From the sequence record LC494302.1: a stretch of 64,000 bases of DNA. One strand, given 5' to 3'. This document shows positions 42,497-52,252 of the stretch, piece by piece. Positions within the stretch are counted from its first letter, which is position 1. Every line of letters begins with the position of its first letter. The notes below the pieces were generated by a model. The model made no database searches. It had not been told where the DNA came from and saw only the letters and a program-made list of their open reading frames with translations. The position numbers were made by a program, and so were the translations under genes. The DNA comes from Escherichia phage SP27.

Positions 42497-42936
42497 GTTT
42501 AGCAAGTGCACTTAAACTGGCACACAAAATACATCACTTCCACGATAACATAAAAAGTGGTTTCTATGGTGATAAAGTAAGTGCATTTGGTAATGAGTAT
42601 TATCTATCAGGTATAAAGACATACTCTGATGATATTTTACTTATGGGCCATGATAAAGACAATACTATACAGTACTCTTCATGTAGTCAATATACTAGTT
42701 TTTTTGTATATATTCCAGGTACTAAGATTACGTTTGACACATCAAATACACCTGTTGACTTCGGGGTACTTGATGGCCCGTGGGGTACTGAAGAGTATTA
42801 CTTCCAACAGAGTCTTATTTTTAACCAAGAAATGCTTGATTCCTTGGTTGTTTTGTGGTACTTTAAGGAATTGAAGTTTGAACCATTTTTTCTTGACTGG
42901 GGAGCATGTGAATATTTAAGTACAGGGGATTTGTAA
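42493..42936 (+). CDS. hypothetical protein, paralog family C (EEYYFQ subgroup)
   Basis: VLDGPWGTEEYYFQQSLIFNQEMLDSLVVLWYF. Confidence 0.65.
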   Translation: MSLASALKLAHKIHHFHDNIKSGFYGDKVSAFGNEYYLSGIKTYSDDILLMGHDKDNTIQYSSCSQYTSFFVYIPGTKITFDTSNTPVDFGVLDGPWGTEEYYFQQSLIFNQEMLDSLVVLWYFKELKFEPFFLDWGACEYLSTGDL

Positions 42937-43427
42937 TGTCGTTACAAAGTGCATTGAAAGAAGCAAAGAAGATTCATGAGTACATGATTATGGTACAGGA
43001 AGGTTCAGTACCTGGGGTGTATAAAACATCTGATACTGAATTTTTTGTAAAAGACCGTGACGATTATGACGAGTCCGAGATATGTGCAGAAACATTAGTA
43101 CTGCACACTGATACTGGTGACAGTGATAACTGTGAATATCATATGTACAATCAGTACATTAGTTATTGCCGTAATGAAGATATTACCATCTACAACACAG
43201 ATAGTGATGCTGATGACACTATCATTCCTTATTCAGTACTGGAAGGACCGTGGGATAGTGAAGAATATTACTTCCAGAATAGTACGTTGTACAATGAAGA
43301 AGAACTGGATGTTATTGTGATTATGTGGTACTTTAAAAGTATTGGTTCTGATAGTTTCTATTTCGATTATGAATACGTAGAGAATACTGTAGGGGAAGAT
43401 AATGTCATTACAAAGTGCACTGGATAA
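42936..43427 (+). CDS. hypothetical protein, paralog family C (EEYYFQ subgroup)
   Basis: VLEGPWDSEEYYFQNSTLYNEEELDVIVIMWYFKSIGSDSFYFDYEYV. Confidence 0.65.
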   Translation: MSLQSALKEAKKIHEYMIMVQEGSVPGVYKTSDTEFFVKDRDDYDESEICAETLVLHTDTGDSDNCEYHMYNQYISYCRNEDITIYNTDSDADDTIIPYSVLEGPWDSEEYYFQNSTLYNEEELDVIVIMWYFKSIGSDSFYFDYEYVENTVGEDNVITKCTG

Positions 43428-43845
43428 AGCAAAAGAACTACAGGTATATATTGAAGATATCAAGGCTGGGAAGTTCGAAGAAGTATACAAAGCCGAGAAT
43501 GGTAACTACTACAAGGATAGTGATTTTACCACAACTACAGTTATTCTTGGGCTGAATTCCAAAAGTCCCGCAGATTTTTCACAATACAATCCAGATGCAG
43601 AATTTATCAGTTATGCTTATGGTGGTGAAATCCGTTTTTATAATCGCAGCAGACCTTTAAAATTGAACTTTGAAGTACTGAAAGGTCCGTGGGATAGTGA
43701 AGAGTATTACTTTCAGAATAGTACTTTGTATGATGATGAAGTACTAGATACTTTAGTTATTATGTGGTACTTTAAAAGTATTGATAGTACAAGATTTTAT
43801 TTGGATTATGAATATGTACGTGAAGCATATAAGGGCAAACGATGA
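43402..43845 (+). CDS. hypothetical protein, paralog family C (EEYYFQ subgroup)
   Basis: VLKGPWDSEEYYFQNSTLYDDEVLDTLVIMWYFKSIDSTRFYLDYEYV. Confidence 0.65.
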   Translation: MSLQSALDKAKELQVYIEDIKAGKFEEVYKAENGNYYKDSDFTTTTVILGLNSKSPADFSQYNPDAEFISYAYGGEIRFYNRSRPLKLNFEVLKGPWDSEEYYFQNSTLYDDEVLDTLVIMWYFKSIDSTRFYLDYEYVREAYKGKR

Positions 43846-44156
43846 AATTCTTATACAGTATTCAGTACATTCCTGGTACAATTAGTTTAATGTATTTCTT
43901 CGATCATGATAATTTCCAGCACCTTGCCGTTAGAAGATGTAATGAATCTTTAATGATTGAATATCTTCACGATTGTGATTATATTCCTGACTTCCTTGAA
44001 TGTGATTACAGAGATGATCATGAAACATTTCTTTTTCAGGAATCACTTGTATGGGATAAGAGAATTAATTTTTATGCTTTACTTGAGATACAAAAACAAG
44101 TGAAGTACTACTGGGATTACTTAATTACCCAAGAATATATAGAGATTGAAATATAA
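43842..44156 (+). CDS. hypothetical protein, paralog family C
   Basis: motif HETFLFQESLVWD. Confidence 0.55.
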   Translation: MKFLYSIQYIPGTISLMYFFDHDNFQHLAVRRCNESLMIEYLHDCDYIPDFLECDYRDDHETFLFQESLVWDKRINFYALLEIQKQVKYYWDYLITQEYIEIEI

Positions 44157-44629
44157 TGTACGAAAGTGATCTTAAGCACGCTGAGGAATTAGTTAATATA
44201 GTAAAGTTCTTTCAAAATAATGTAAAGTACTTAGACGACAAAGGGGCATATATTAGTACTATAAGTGTTGGTACAGATATTCTAGGATTAGGTAATGAAT
44301 ATAAGTACGAGTCCCATGATTATGATTTGGAATTCAAGTACTTCGAATGGAATCCTGGAACTTTCTATTCAATCGATGAAAGTGGGAAATATTTTGAATT
44401 CACCGAAGAAGACGTACTATTCTTAAATTCAGAAGATGCTTACTTCCAGTACAGTACTATATACCCAAATAGTGCATTAAGAGCTTTAGTAGTTTTTAAT
44501 GCATTTCTGAAAGAGAACTTTAATAATTCTATATTCATTGATTTAAATTATGTATATGAACTAAATCAGGTGATATATATGGAGTCCAGAAAAAATGAGT
44601 TACGAAAGTGCAATCAAGAAAGCAAATGA
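44156..44629 (+). CDS. hypothetical protein, paralog family C
   Basis: motif EDAYFQYSTIYP. Confidence 0.55.
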   Translation: MYESDLKHAEELVNIVKFFQNNVKYLDDKGAYISTISVGTDILGLGNEYKYESHDYDLEFKYFEWNPGTFYSIDESGKYFEFTEEDVLFLNSEDAYFQYSTIYPNSALRALVVFNAFLKENFNNSIFIDLNYVYELNQVIYMESRKNELRKCNQESK

Positions 44630-45041
44630 TATTCTAAAAGTTGTTAAGTTCTTCAAAGAAAATCCTGAATACGTAGATGATGAACGAAGAGAAGTTTCTA
44701 ATGGCACGAAGATTACAATTGATTCTTTATTTGACACTAGCAACAACAACTGTAGTACTATTGAATTAGCATACGATTATATTTCATTGAACAGAAAATA
44801 TGATGAAGTTACGATAGAGCGTCATGAGAATGAAGAATCTTTTAAAATTTCTGATATTTTATCTCTGAGTACAGAAGAAGGGTACTTCCAGGGAAGTACT
44901 GTTTATAATGAAGGAACACTAGACAATCTATGTACATTTAGTGTACTATATCAGAAGTCAGTACTGGATATATTTTATCTAGACACTGAAAAACTTGATA
45001 GGTTAGTTGATTTCGTTACTATAGAAGAGGCATCCGTTTGA
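44595..45041 (+). CDS. hypothetical protein, paralog family C
   Basis: motif EEGYFQGSTVYN. Confidence 0.55.
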   Translation: MSYESAIKKANDILKVVKFFKENPEYVDDERREVSNGTKITIDSLFDTSNNNCSTIELAYDYISLNRKYDEVTIERHENEESFKISDILSLSTEEGYFQGSTVYNEGTLDNLCTFSVLYQKSVLDIFYLDTEKLDRLVDFVTIEEASV

Positions 45042-45574
45042 GAAAAATTAACATTAATGATTATGATGCATTACAAGATTTATCAAAAAAGATTCGCACT
45101 ATCGTACCAGTACTGAAGAAATGCAGTACTGGATTAATCGATCCTAGTACTGTTGTTAATGAGAAGTACAATTTTCATTATGTATTACAGGGTACTGGGG
45201 CATTCCAGAAGTGTGAGGTGCGTGAGAAACACGTAATTGATACATCATTGTTTTCTATTGGTGCACCTATGTCGAATAATACTATTTTCCTGGATGACGC
45301 AGGAAATATTCAACAATTAACATTTAAGAAAAGGAAAAAGAACAATAACATTGGTGTGTACGCGATGAAGTGGGGTCAACCTGATTTGAAGCGTGAAATT
45401 CACATCCCTAAGTACAATTACAATTCATTTGAAGAACAGTGCTTTCAACTATCGTGTACTGACCCTGACTATGCTATCATTCAGTTCTATATGGAATTGC
45501 AGATAGCATTTAACAGTAATTTGTATATTAACTTATTGGCGATTAACATTGATGAAGTATTCAAAAACATTTAA
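45038..45574 (+). CDS. hypothetical protein, paralog family C
   Basis: motif EEQCFQLSCTDP. Confidence 0.5.
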   Translation: MRKININDYDALQDLSKKIRTIVPVLKKCSTGLIDPSTVVNEKYNFHYVLQGTGAFQKCEVREKHVIDTSLFSIGAPMSNNTIFLDDAGNIQQLTFKKRKKNNNIGVYAMKWGQPDLKREIHIPKYNYNSFEEQCFQLSCTDPDYAIIQFYMELQIAFNSNLYINLLAINIDEVFKNI

Positions 45575-45770
45575 TCGAATTGAATACATGAGAACTGTGA
45601 GTGCAGTGTGGGACATATGGTTCACTACTAAACCAAAAATGGATTACCATGACTTTAAGCTCTTGTTCTTCGTTGGCTCTAACAAACAGGATGTTGCAAT
45701 GAAGGGTTATATTCAGCACTTACAGGAACTAATCCAGAAGAGAATATATGAAAATAATAGACCAAAATGA
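45549..45770 (+). CDS. hypothetical small protein, family B-like, embedded in family C array
   Basis: FFVGSNKQDVAMKGYIQHLQELIQKRI resembles family B core. Confidence 0.5.
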   Translation: MMKYSKTFNRIEYMRTVSAVWDIWFTTKPKMDYHDFKLLFFVGSNKQDVAMKGYIQHLQELIQKRIYENNRPK

Positions 45771-45939
45771 CATTGCTAAACTATTCAATATATATTCTAC
45801 TAGAATGATGCAAACAGACTCATATAGTACTGAATTCAAAGAGTTGAAAGTACTGATGTACTTAGGAACCCAATACCAAGAACAAGTTATTTTAGAATAT
45901 ATTAATTCGTTGAAGAAGGATATCCGTTATGTACGATGA
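45748..45939 (+). CDS. hypothetical small protein, family B-like, embedded in family C array
   Basis: motif LGTQYQEQVILEYINSLKKDI. Confidence 0.55.
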   Translation: MKIIDQNDIAKLFNIYSTRMMQTDSYSTEFKELKVLMYLGTQYQEQVILEYINSLKKDIRYVR

Positions 45940-46489
45940 TTTAGATCTTGCGTTTGAACGTATGGTAATTTTAATGCAATGCAATGAAATGCATGAAACA
46001 ATCCGTCGCACCAAAGGGATTGAATATACAAGTAAACTATTCTCATACGAAAGTCGTCGAGGGATGGATCATTTTTACTGCACTGATTGTTCAAAGTTTT
46101 CAGTACTGAAATATTATCATCCTACTGTTTCCAATAATAGTTTAATATCCACATATGACGGTGATCTGTTTAGTGTAATGTATGACACATTACATCCATC
46201 AATTTCAATCTATAAAGATTGCGATAGTAGTTTATCGTATATAATTGAAGATTACTTATCTCCTAATACTGAAGAGAATATTTTTCAGAACAGTGTGTTG
46301 CATGATGAATTAAGTATAAAATGCATCTATATGTTCAATAAGTTAAAAGAGTACGCCGATAATAATTACTTCATTGATGATTTAGCGGTATTGTCTGTTT
46401 CCGTTTTTAATACAAATGATATTGATATGAAATACTATAATGAGATTTGTAAAGTACATAATATGTATAAGGAACTATTATGCCAATAA
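45929..46489 (+). CDS. hypothetical protein, paralog family C
   Basis: motif EENIFQNSVLHD. Confidence 0.55.
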   Translation: MYDDLDLAFERMVILMQCNEMHETIRRTKGIEYTSKLFSYESRRGMDHFYCTDCSKFSVLKYYHPTVSNNSLISTYDGDLFSVMYDTLHPSISIYKDCDSSLSYIIEDYLSPNTEENIFQNSVLHDELSIKCIYMFNKLKEYADNNYFIDDLAVLSVSVFNTNDIDMKYYNEICKVHNMYKELLCQ

Positions 46490-47082
46490 ATGCAAATAAA
46501 TGTTGTAGTGCAGATGTGCATTTGTTTTTTAAGAAATTAGTAAATGATATTATCTATATGCAAGAAATCATTTATCACAAAAGAATGGACTTAGAAAAAG
46601 CATTAGTTCAGTTCTCTTTTATGCTGGATGGGATTATTACTCTAGATGGTGATGGATTGCGTATAGCATTTGACGGTAATTCAAATAGGGTTTTCTATTG
46701 GATGAATAATAAATTATGTTCCTCAATTTGCCGCACTTTTTATAACCCTATTTCGGACTTATATCAATTGGTGTATTCTAAAGGTGCAGTAGAAGCATCA
46801 TATGGTGATAGTTATGCCCTAGGAAAGAGTATTCCATATATGCAATCATTTGATATTGAATTAGTCAGTACTGATGAAGATGCAATGTTCACAAATGATT
46901 TAACGATGGAACGTGAATCTGCAATGAGATATATTACAAATTCTATGCATACATTCTTTCAACGAGTAGAATTTGATAATGTATATATAGCAAATGTAAA
47001 TATTTTTACTGACCTGTGTCAGTACTTGAGAAGTGTTTGTGATTTTGATGAAAGCTATTGTAAGCTTTATACTGAGGTATAA
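46480..47082 (+). CDS. hypothetical protein, possibly degenerate family C
   Basis: degenerate motif DEDAMFTNDLTME; 200 aa. Confidence 0.45.
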   Translation: MPINANKCCSADVHLFFKKLVNDIIYMQEIIYHKRMDLEKALVQFSFMLDGIITLDGDGLRIAFDGNSNRVFYWMNNKLCSSICRTFYNPISDLYQLVYSKGAVEASYGDSYALGKSIPYMQSFDIELVSTDEDAMFTNDLTMERESAMRYITNSMHTFFQRVEFDNVYIANVNIFTDLCQYLRSVCDFDESYCKLYTEV

Positions 47083-47087
47083 AACAA

Positions 47088-47450
47088 ATGAACACATTAA
47101 GTATTACATACTATACAACTAAAAAATTAGTTACTTGTTTAATATCATTGAAGACAAACCATGATGATATGTTTGATATGGCTGCATATGAATTAGAATT
47201 ATCAGAAGATGGCTTCAAGAGCTATGAAGTATATAGCTATGTTCGTGAAGATGTAATTGACACTACACTAATGCAAGAGGATGAGTTATTCCAAGAAAGT
47301 TTAGTATGGGATAATAAGTACGATTGTAACTTTGATTTCTTATGTTTAATCCAGAAAGAAATGAAAAGAATCTTTGATAATTATCCAGTGAAGAGATTGA
47401 GTACTGGACCGGAGCAGTACAGGAGAATTTTATTCCGTTATGAAGACTGA
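47088..47450 (+). CDS. hypothetical protein, paralog family C
   Basis: motif EDELFQESLVWDNKY. Confidence 0.6.
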   Translation: MNTLSITYYTTKKLVTCLISLKTNHDDMFDMAAYELELSEDGFKSYEVYSYVREDVIDTTLMQEDELFQESLVWDNKYDCNFDFLCLIQKEMKRIFDNYPVKRLSTGPEQYRRILFRYED

Positions 47451-47775
47451 ATTAGTGAAAGTAATGTACGCTACTCATATTAAACTACTACTTGTGAAAT
47501 TTGATTATAATAAAAAACATAATGATTTCTATACTTTAATTCGTGATGAAAATACATTCTCCTTGCGATGCAACAATATACCGTTGAAGATAAATGATTT
47601 TACTTCACTTGACGAGGGTGAATTATTTCAAGAATCATTAGTTTTTAATAGTAATATAAAAATTGATATAGAAGTTATTAAAAAATACCAGATTTTATTG
47701 AACAAAATTATGAATTGTTATCCATGTGAAATAGGTGGTCATATGCAGTTCAAATCAAAAATGTATGAATTATGA
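47440..47775 (+). CDS. hypothetical protein, paralog family C
   Basis: motif EGELFQESLVFN. Confidence 0.6.
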   Translation: MKTELVKVMYATHIKLLLVKFDYNKKHNDFYTLIRDENTFSLRCNNIPLKINDFTSLDEGELFQESLVFNSNIKIDIEVIKKYQILLNKIMNCYPCEIGGHMQFKSKMYEL

Positions 47776-47782
47776 GGTTTAT

Positions 47783-48319
47783 ATGTTAGATGAAAAAATG
47801 AACAATGGAACACAATATAATCATCTTAAGTTAGATACATTCGAATCAGCTATCAGTACTGCACAAGATATAATTGATATTATCAAGTTCATTAAAGAAA
47901 ATAAGTTCAAATGTTTGAAAATACTAAATCGTTCAATGTACCGTGATAACAATATTCATGTATCAGTACGTAGACCGAAAGATAAAGAAAGTGGGAGAGA
48001 TTTCTATAACAACAGTGAGCAGTTCGAATGTGAATATGATCCAGAATTCAGAGGCGGTTTCATGTGTTACAGTATAAAGGATACCTCACACATTGAGATA
48101 CGTTCATCGAAAGGTGGCATACGTACATTAGAGTTCATTGATATAGTTTTAAATCAGGAATACTACTTTCAACTATCATTATTGTTTCCTGCATACGATT
48201 TAGGAGTTCTATTCATGTATAAGTACTTTTATGAGCACTGGAATGAAGACTTCTATCTGGACTTAGAAGATTACCAATTAGTTTGGAAAGAAATGGTAGA
48301 ACTTCGCAATCCCTCTTGA
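47783..48319 (+). CDS. hypothetical protein, paralog family C
   Basis: start at ATG 47783 (MLDEKMNNG); motif QEYYFQLSLLFP. Confidence 0.5.
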   Translation: MLDEKMNNGTQYNHLKLDTFESAISTAQDIIDIIKFIKENKFKCLKILNRSMYRDNNIHVSVRRPKDKESGRDFYNNSEQFECEYDPEFRGGFMCYSIKDTSHIEIRSSKGGIRTLEFIDIVLNQEYYFQLSLLFPAYDLGVLFMYKYFYEHWNEDFYLDLEDYQLVWKEMVELRNPS

Positions 48320-48368
48320 CACCCACCGATTCTTTGTGATATAATCCCTTTATATTAATTGTAAAGGG
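48316..48368 (+). promoter_or_regulatory. internal promoter plus stem-loop
   Basis: TTGACA 48316-48321, 18 bp spacer, TATAAT 48340-48345; hairpin CCCTTTAtattaattgTAAAGGG. Confidence 0.55.
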
Positions 48369-48378
48369 TTATAACACA

Positions 48379-48855
48379 ATGTCCAAAGACCTATCATTTA
48401 GCAATGCACAAAAAATAGCAAAAGACATTATCAGGGTTTATAAATTCCTTGCGAATGTTACTGAAGATTTTTCCGTGGGGGAACATAAAGTTATTAAACG
48501 AAATGGATACCTTTCATTTATGGATGGGTTACTCTATAGTTCAGATGAATCAACTTGTAGCATTAGAGTACTTGATGAAGTACCAAGTGGTGATTTTATT
48601 TCATACCATTTTCCAAGTTCAGATAATTTCAAATACTACAATCATCTTCTTATAAATGAAGCATTTAATACGATTGTAATTAACACTGAAGAAGAGTTCT
48701 TCCAGTACAGTACTGTGTATCCAGAGAGGATTGTTTTCAGTTCAGTGATTTTAACAGCCCTTAAAAATGAACTAAATTCCGATAGTGATCATTTCTACTT
48801 GGACCTGAACAATGTCGATTGTATTATTGAGTACCTGGAGAAAAATGGTTTATGA
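48379..48855 (+). CDS. hypothetical protein, paralog family C
   Basis: motif EEEFFQYSTVYP. Confidence 0.6.
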   Translation: MSKDLSFSNAQKIAKDIIRVYKFLANVTEDFSVGEHKVIKRNGYLSFMDGLLYSSDESTCSIRVLDEVPSGDFISYHFPSSDNFKYYNHLLINEAFNTIVINTEEEFFQYSTVYPERIVFSSVILTALKNELNSDSDHFYLDLNNVDCIIEYLEKNGL

Positions 48856-49337
48856 TTACTACAGAATATGATTACTATGGTGTTTTAGAATTTACAGAAA
48901 ATATCTATCGCATTGCAAAGGAGTTCAGAAGTCCTAAGCCTTTTGGTGGAATGCCTTTTGGTGGTATGTTTCAATACGATGAGTTCAGTTCATCTAAAGG
49001 AAGACTAGCATTTACTAATGGTAGAGGTAATCAAATCTACGCGGAGTACTTTGATGATAATGACTTTCATTACAAAGCCGAATACATTTCATATTGCCCT
49101 GGGTCTGATTTGAAGATTAATATTGATACATTTAGAGAAGCAGTATTTGTTCCGTATAATGATTTAGTCTTCATGTCAGAGGAAATGTACTTTCAGGGTT
49201 CTTGTATTCATGATGTAAAAGTACTTAATGCTATGTTATTTTATGGTGCACTACTTAATCATTACAAATACAATCAACGATTCTTTTTAGATTTAGCAGT
49301 CTACTATAAATGCGTGGATTATTTGAATGCAAAATAA
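48852..49337 (+). CDS. hypothetical protein, paralog family C
   Basis: motif EEMYFQGSCIHD. Confidence 0.6.
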   Translation: MITTEYDYYGVLEFTENIYRIAKEFRSPKPFGGMPFGGMFQYDEFSSSKGRLAFTNGRGNQIYAEYFDDNDFHYKAEYISYCPGSDLKINIDTFREAVFVPYNDLVFMSEEMYFQGSCIHDVKVLNAMLFYGALLNHYKYNQRFFLDLAVYYKCVDYLNAK

Positions 49338-49689
49338 GAAAACAATTCAGTACATGACGGATGGCAATGAATGCTTTGCTTCAAGATATGAATTCAACAA
49401 GAACCATTTCGTAACCTATATCCCTGAATATAATCAGTTTTATCTACAGATTTACCAAAATGATTCATATATGAATGAGATATATTCTGAAATAAAAATC
49501 CCGGATTATAGTACTTTATCAGAAGAGGAATTGTTTCAGCAGAGCACTATCAGTACTGAAGATGTGTATGAAATAATGGAATACCAGAAGGTACTTAAAT
49601 ATTTCCATGAAGTTCAGGATATACAAATGGATAGTGTTAAAGCGTGGAATTATAACACATACGAGGTAAATTATGTTCGAAATGATTAA
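49327..49689 (+). CDS. hypothetical protein, paralog family C
   Basis: motif EEELFQQSTIST. Confidence 0.55.
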   Translation: MQNKKTIQYMTDGNECFASRYEFNKNHFVTYIPEYNQFYLQIYQNDSYMNEIYSEIKIPDYSTLSEEELFQQSTISTEDVYEIMEYQKVLKYFHEVQDIQMDSVKAWNYNTYEVNYVRND

Positions 49690-50086
49690 AATTATGCAAC
49701 GATGTATTGTAGACCAACACGGGATATATGGATATCGTTTAAGTGCTCCTATTGACAAAAATAAAACAACCTATGTAAGCTATAATGCTGTACAAGGATT
49801 TGATATATTCATTGATGCCAACAATAAAATCAAACAAGCTAAGGATGTGTCTATAATGACCCCTGATGAGTTATTTCAGTACAGCTTAGTCTTTCCTACA
49901 TGTATCGATTTACAACGTCTAGGAGCGATACAGAAGGTTTTACGCGAACATAAAGTACAACCCAATAAAGTCACACACATTCCAGAAACAATCTTCAAAA
50001 CCATAGAAGTAGAAACTCCTGATTATATGTTAAGTGATGATGAGTACTACGAGAAACACTTCCCTGGTAAAGTTTGGAGAGACTAA
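49673..50086 (+). CDS. hypothetical protein, paralog family C
   Basis: motif PDELFQYSLVFP. Confidence 0.55.
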   Translation: MFEMIKIMQRCIVDQHGIYGYRLSAPIDKNKTTYVSYNAVQGFDIFIDANNKIKQAKDVSIMTPDELFQYSLVFPTCIDLQRLGAIQKVLREHKVQPNKVTHIPETIFKTIEVETPDYMLSDDEYYEKHFPGKVWRD

Positions 50087-50568
50087 TGAACCGAAAGTAC
50101 AGAGAAACTATGAAGTTCGCTAAGGAGTGTTTAGAGACATTTGATTTCATTTTCGATAACAAAGACTCACTGGGTCATCACTTCGTAATTACAAAGAAAG
50201 AAGATAAGAGATACAAGTGTGAAAGATTAGGATACAGTATTGAGTTCTCCTTAATGATTGATGGAATGATAAACTCCTTATATGAATGTGGTAAGACTGA
50301 TTACCTTTCATTTAGATCATGGAGTGAAGGTATCATGTTCTTGAGAACAAATGGAGTTTTATATCCGTTTCTTGATGATTTATCAGAAGAAAGTTACTTT
50401 CAAAATAGTTTAATTTACACAGAAAAAGAACTCAAGATGCTATTCATTATGTCGTACTTTAAAAAGTACTGCAATTTTAAATCATTATCTTTTGAGATCT
50501 CTGCAATGAAAGTATTCATTAAAAATGTAAAAGAATTAAAGAGGATTTACGATGTACATAGAAAATGA
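50074..50568 (+). CDS. hypothetical protein, paralog family C
   Basis: motif EESYFQNSLIYT. Confidence 0.55.
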   Translation: MERLMNRKYRETMKFAKECLETFDFIFDNKDSLGHHFVITKKEDKRYKCERLGYSIEFSLMIDGMINSLYECGKTDYLSFRSWSEGIMFLRTNGVLYPFLDDLSEESYFQNSLIYTEKELKMLFIMSYFKKYCNFKSLSFEISAMKVFIKNVKELKRIYDVHRK

Positions 50569-51094
50569 TAATGTAAAATGCATTGCCGACATTTGTATAA
50601 AATTAATGAAAATTTTCATTAACCCAAAATACAAGACTCGTTCTTTACGTCATAATATTGATGAGCATTGTACCATTAATATACTAGGTAGTATTCTTGA
50701 TGTAAAATATGATGGTAAAATGTTATTCGGTATAAGAGAAGAGAAGATAGATGATGCATTCTTTTCTTCTAAAGATAAATTTGAACCTTCTGATTATAAA
50801 GTGATTATTCGTGATGATAGCATCTATATTAGTAGTGATTATTCAAATTACTTCGATAAAATATACACTGAAAACGTTGACTACCATTATGAAATGATTG
50901 ATTTACCAGTAACAGACATTGATATGGAGAGAATCAAATTTTCATTATCAGATAATGAGTACTTAGGTATACAAACATATTATTCACTACAAGGAAAGAT
51001 TCCACCTGCTATGTATATAAGGATTGAGATTGGTAATGTATTCAATGATAAGGTTATATCAATTGCTGATAAAATATTGAGGGTTGAATTATGA
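50552..51094 (+). CDS. hypothetical protein, possibly degenerate family C
   Basis: weak motif ERIKFSLSDN; 180 aa. Confidence 0.45.
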   Translation: MYIENDNVKCIADICIKLMKIFINPKYKTRSLRHNIDEHCTINILGSILDVKYDGKMLFGIREEKIDDAFFSSKDKFEPSDYKVIIRDDSIYISSDYSNYFDKIYTENVDYHYEMIDLPVTDIDMERIKFSLSDNEYLGIQTYYSLQGKIPPAMYIRIEIGNVFNDKVISIADKILRVEL

Positions 51095-51654
51095 ATATCA
51101 ATGATTACCAATTTCATAGGCTTGAATTTCGTCATTGTGTTGCATTTGCAAAAACATTGATGTGCATCATTGACACTCTTTCATCCAAACAATTTCGTAA
51201 GGATAATGATTTATTTCTGAAAAAAGGTCGTGTAACATCATCCGATATCAGTGTTGAACTATTTGTTGATATCAGTGTTGATACCGGAGACAGTACAAGG
51301 GTTGGTTGTATAGGTCATATTGGTACACATTGCTTCACATGGAATCCAAATACAAGTCAAGTACGAATTGATTATAGAAATTCACGTTGGGTTGATCTTA
51401 GTACTGAATCCGATTTAGAATCAGCTATGTTCCAGCTAAGTTTAATTCACAATCCTAATGAACTTCTTTACATTATTACTTTCAGTTATCTGTTACAAAA
51501 CTACGATAATCCATCAGGGTTTTTCATAGAATCGGATATAGAAGAAATTATGGAAGAGTTTCCTAGTTTAAAGGATATTCTGGTAGAAAAAGATTTCTAT
51601 GAAGACTTCAGAGATTTATACGACATGCACTTGGAGTTATTTAAGAATGGATAA
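51091..51654 (+). CDS. hypothetical protein, paralog family C
   Basis: motif ESAMFQLSLIHN. Confidence 0.55.
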   Translation: MNINDYQFHRLEFRHCVAFAKTLMCIIDTLSSKQFRKDNDLFLKKGRVTSSDISVELFVDISVDTGDSTRVGCIGHIGTHCFTWNPNTSQVRIDYRNSRWVDLSTESDLESAMFQLSLIHNPNELLYIITFSYLLQNYDNPSGFFIESDIEEIMEEFPSLKDILVEKDFYEDFRDLYDMHLELFKNG

Positions 51655-52165
51655 AGATGATATTCTAATTAGACTAATTAAGAGTTTAATAAAGTTCTCA
51701 AATAATGATGTCGATACATACAAAGTAGGGGATATTGAATTCAAATCATTTGGTATGTACGGTGAGGACAAAACATATTATGCGTCAATGAAATTTCAAG
51801 ATTTTCACGAGATGTTAATATCGTTATCATATGAAGATGTTGATCCAAGATGGAGTTCCAGTATTTCACTATCGAGAATGGTAATTCGTAGTAAGCATCG
51901 TTACATTTCGTCAAAGAATACTCCTAACTTGATTAATATTGTGTTGAATGAAAATACCAATCCTATATCTAAACTTGATATCGTACCGTTAACCGATGAA
52001 GTACTTTTTCAATTGAGTACCATTTGTGATGAAGATGTGATATCATGTATGAAAATTTATGAGACGGTTGGGAGTGATATTCACATGAACTATTACCTAA
52101 CGATAGATGGAACATACCTCAGAGATGAAGCTCTAGCGTACATTGACAGTGTTTTACCAAAATAA
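51647..52165 (+). CDS. hypothetical protein, paralog family C
   Basis: start at ATG 51647 (MDKDDILIRL), uncertain; motif DEVLFQLSTICD. Confidence 0.5.
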   Translation: MDKDDILIRLIKSLIKFSNNDVDTYKVGDIEFKSFGMYGEDKTYYASMKFQDFHEMLISLSYEDVDPRWSSSISLSRMVIRSKHRYISSKNTPNLINIVLNENTNPISKLDIVPLTDEVLFQLSTICDEDVISCMKIYETVGSDIHMNYYLTIDGTYLRDEALAYIDSVLPK

Positions 52166-52190
52166 AGACCCTTATGGGTCTTTTTGTGTT
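52164..52190 (+). terminator. intrinsic terminator
   Basis: AAGACCCttatGGGTCTT followed by TTTTGTGTTT. Confidence 0.7.
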
Positions 52191-52196
52191 TATGTC

Positions 52197-52225
52197 TTTA
52201 CAGTAGCATTCAGATGTGTTATAAT
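52197..52225 (+). promoter_or_regulatory. possible promoter
   Basis: weak -35 TTTACA/TTACAG, -10 TATAAT 52220-52225. Confidence 0.3.
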
Positions 52226-52252
52226 CACTTTTAATAGAGGATAGGAGAAGAT

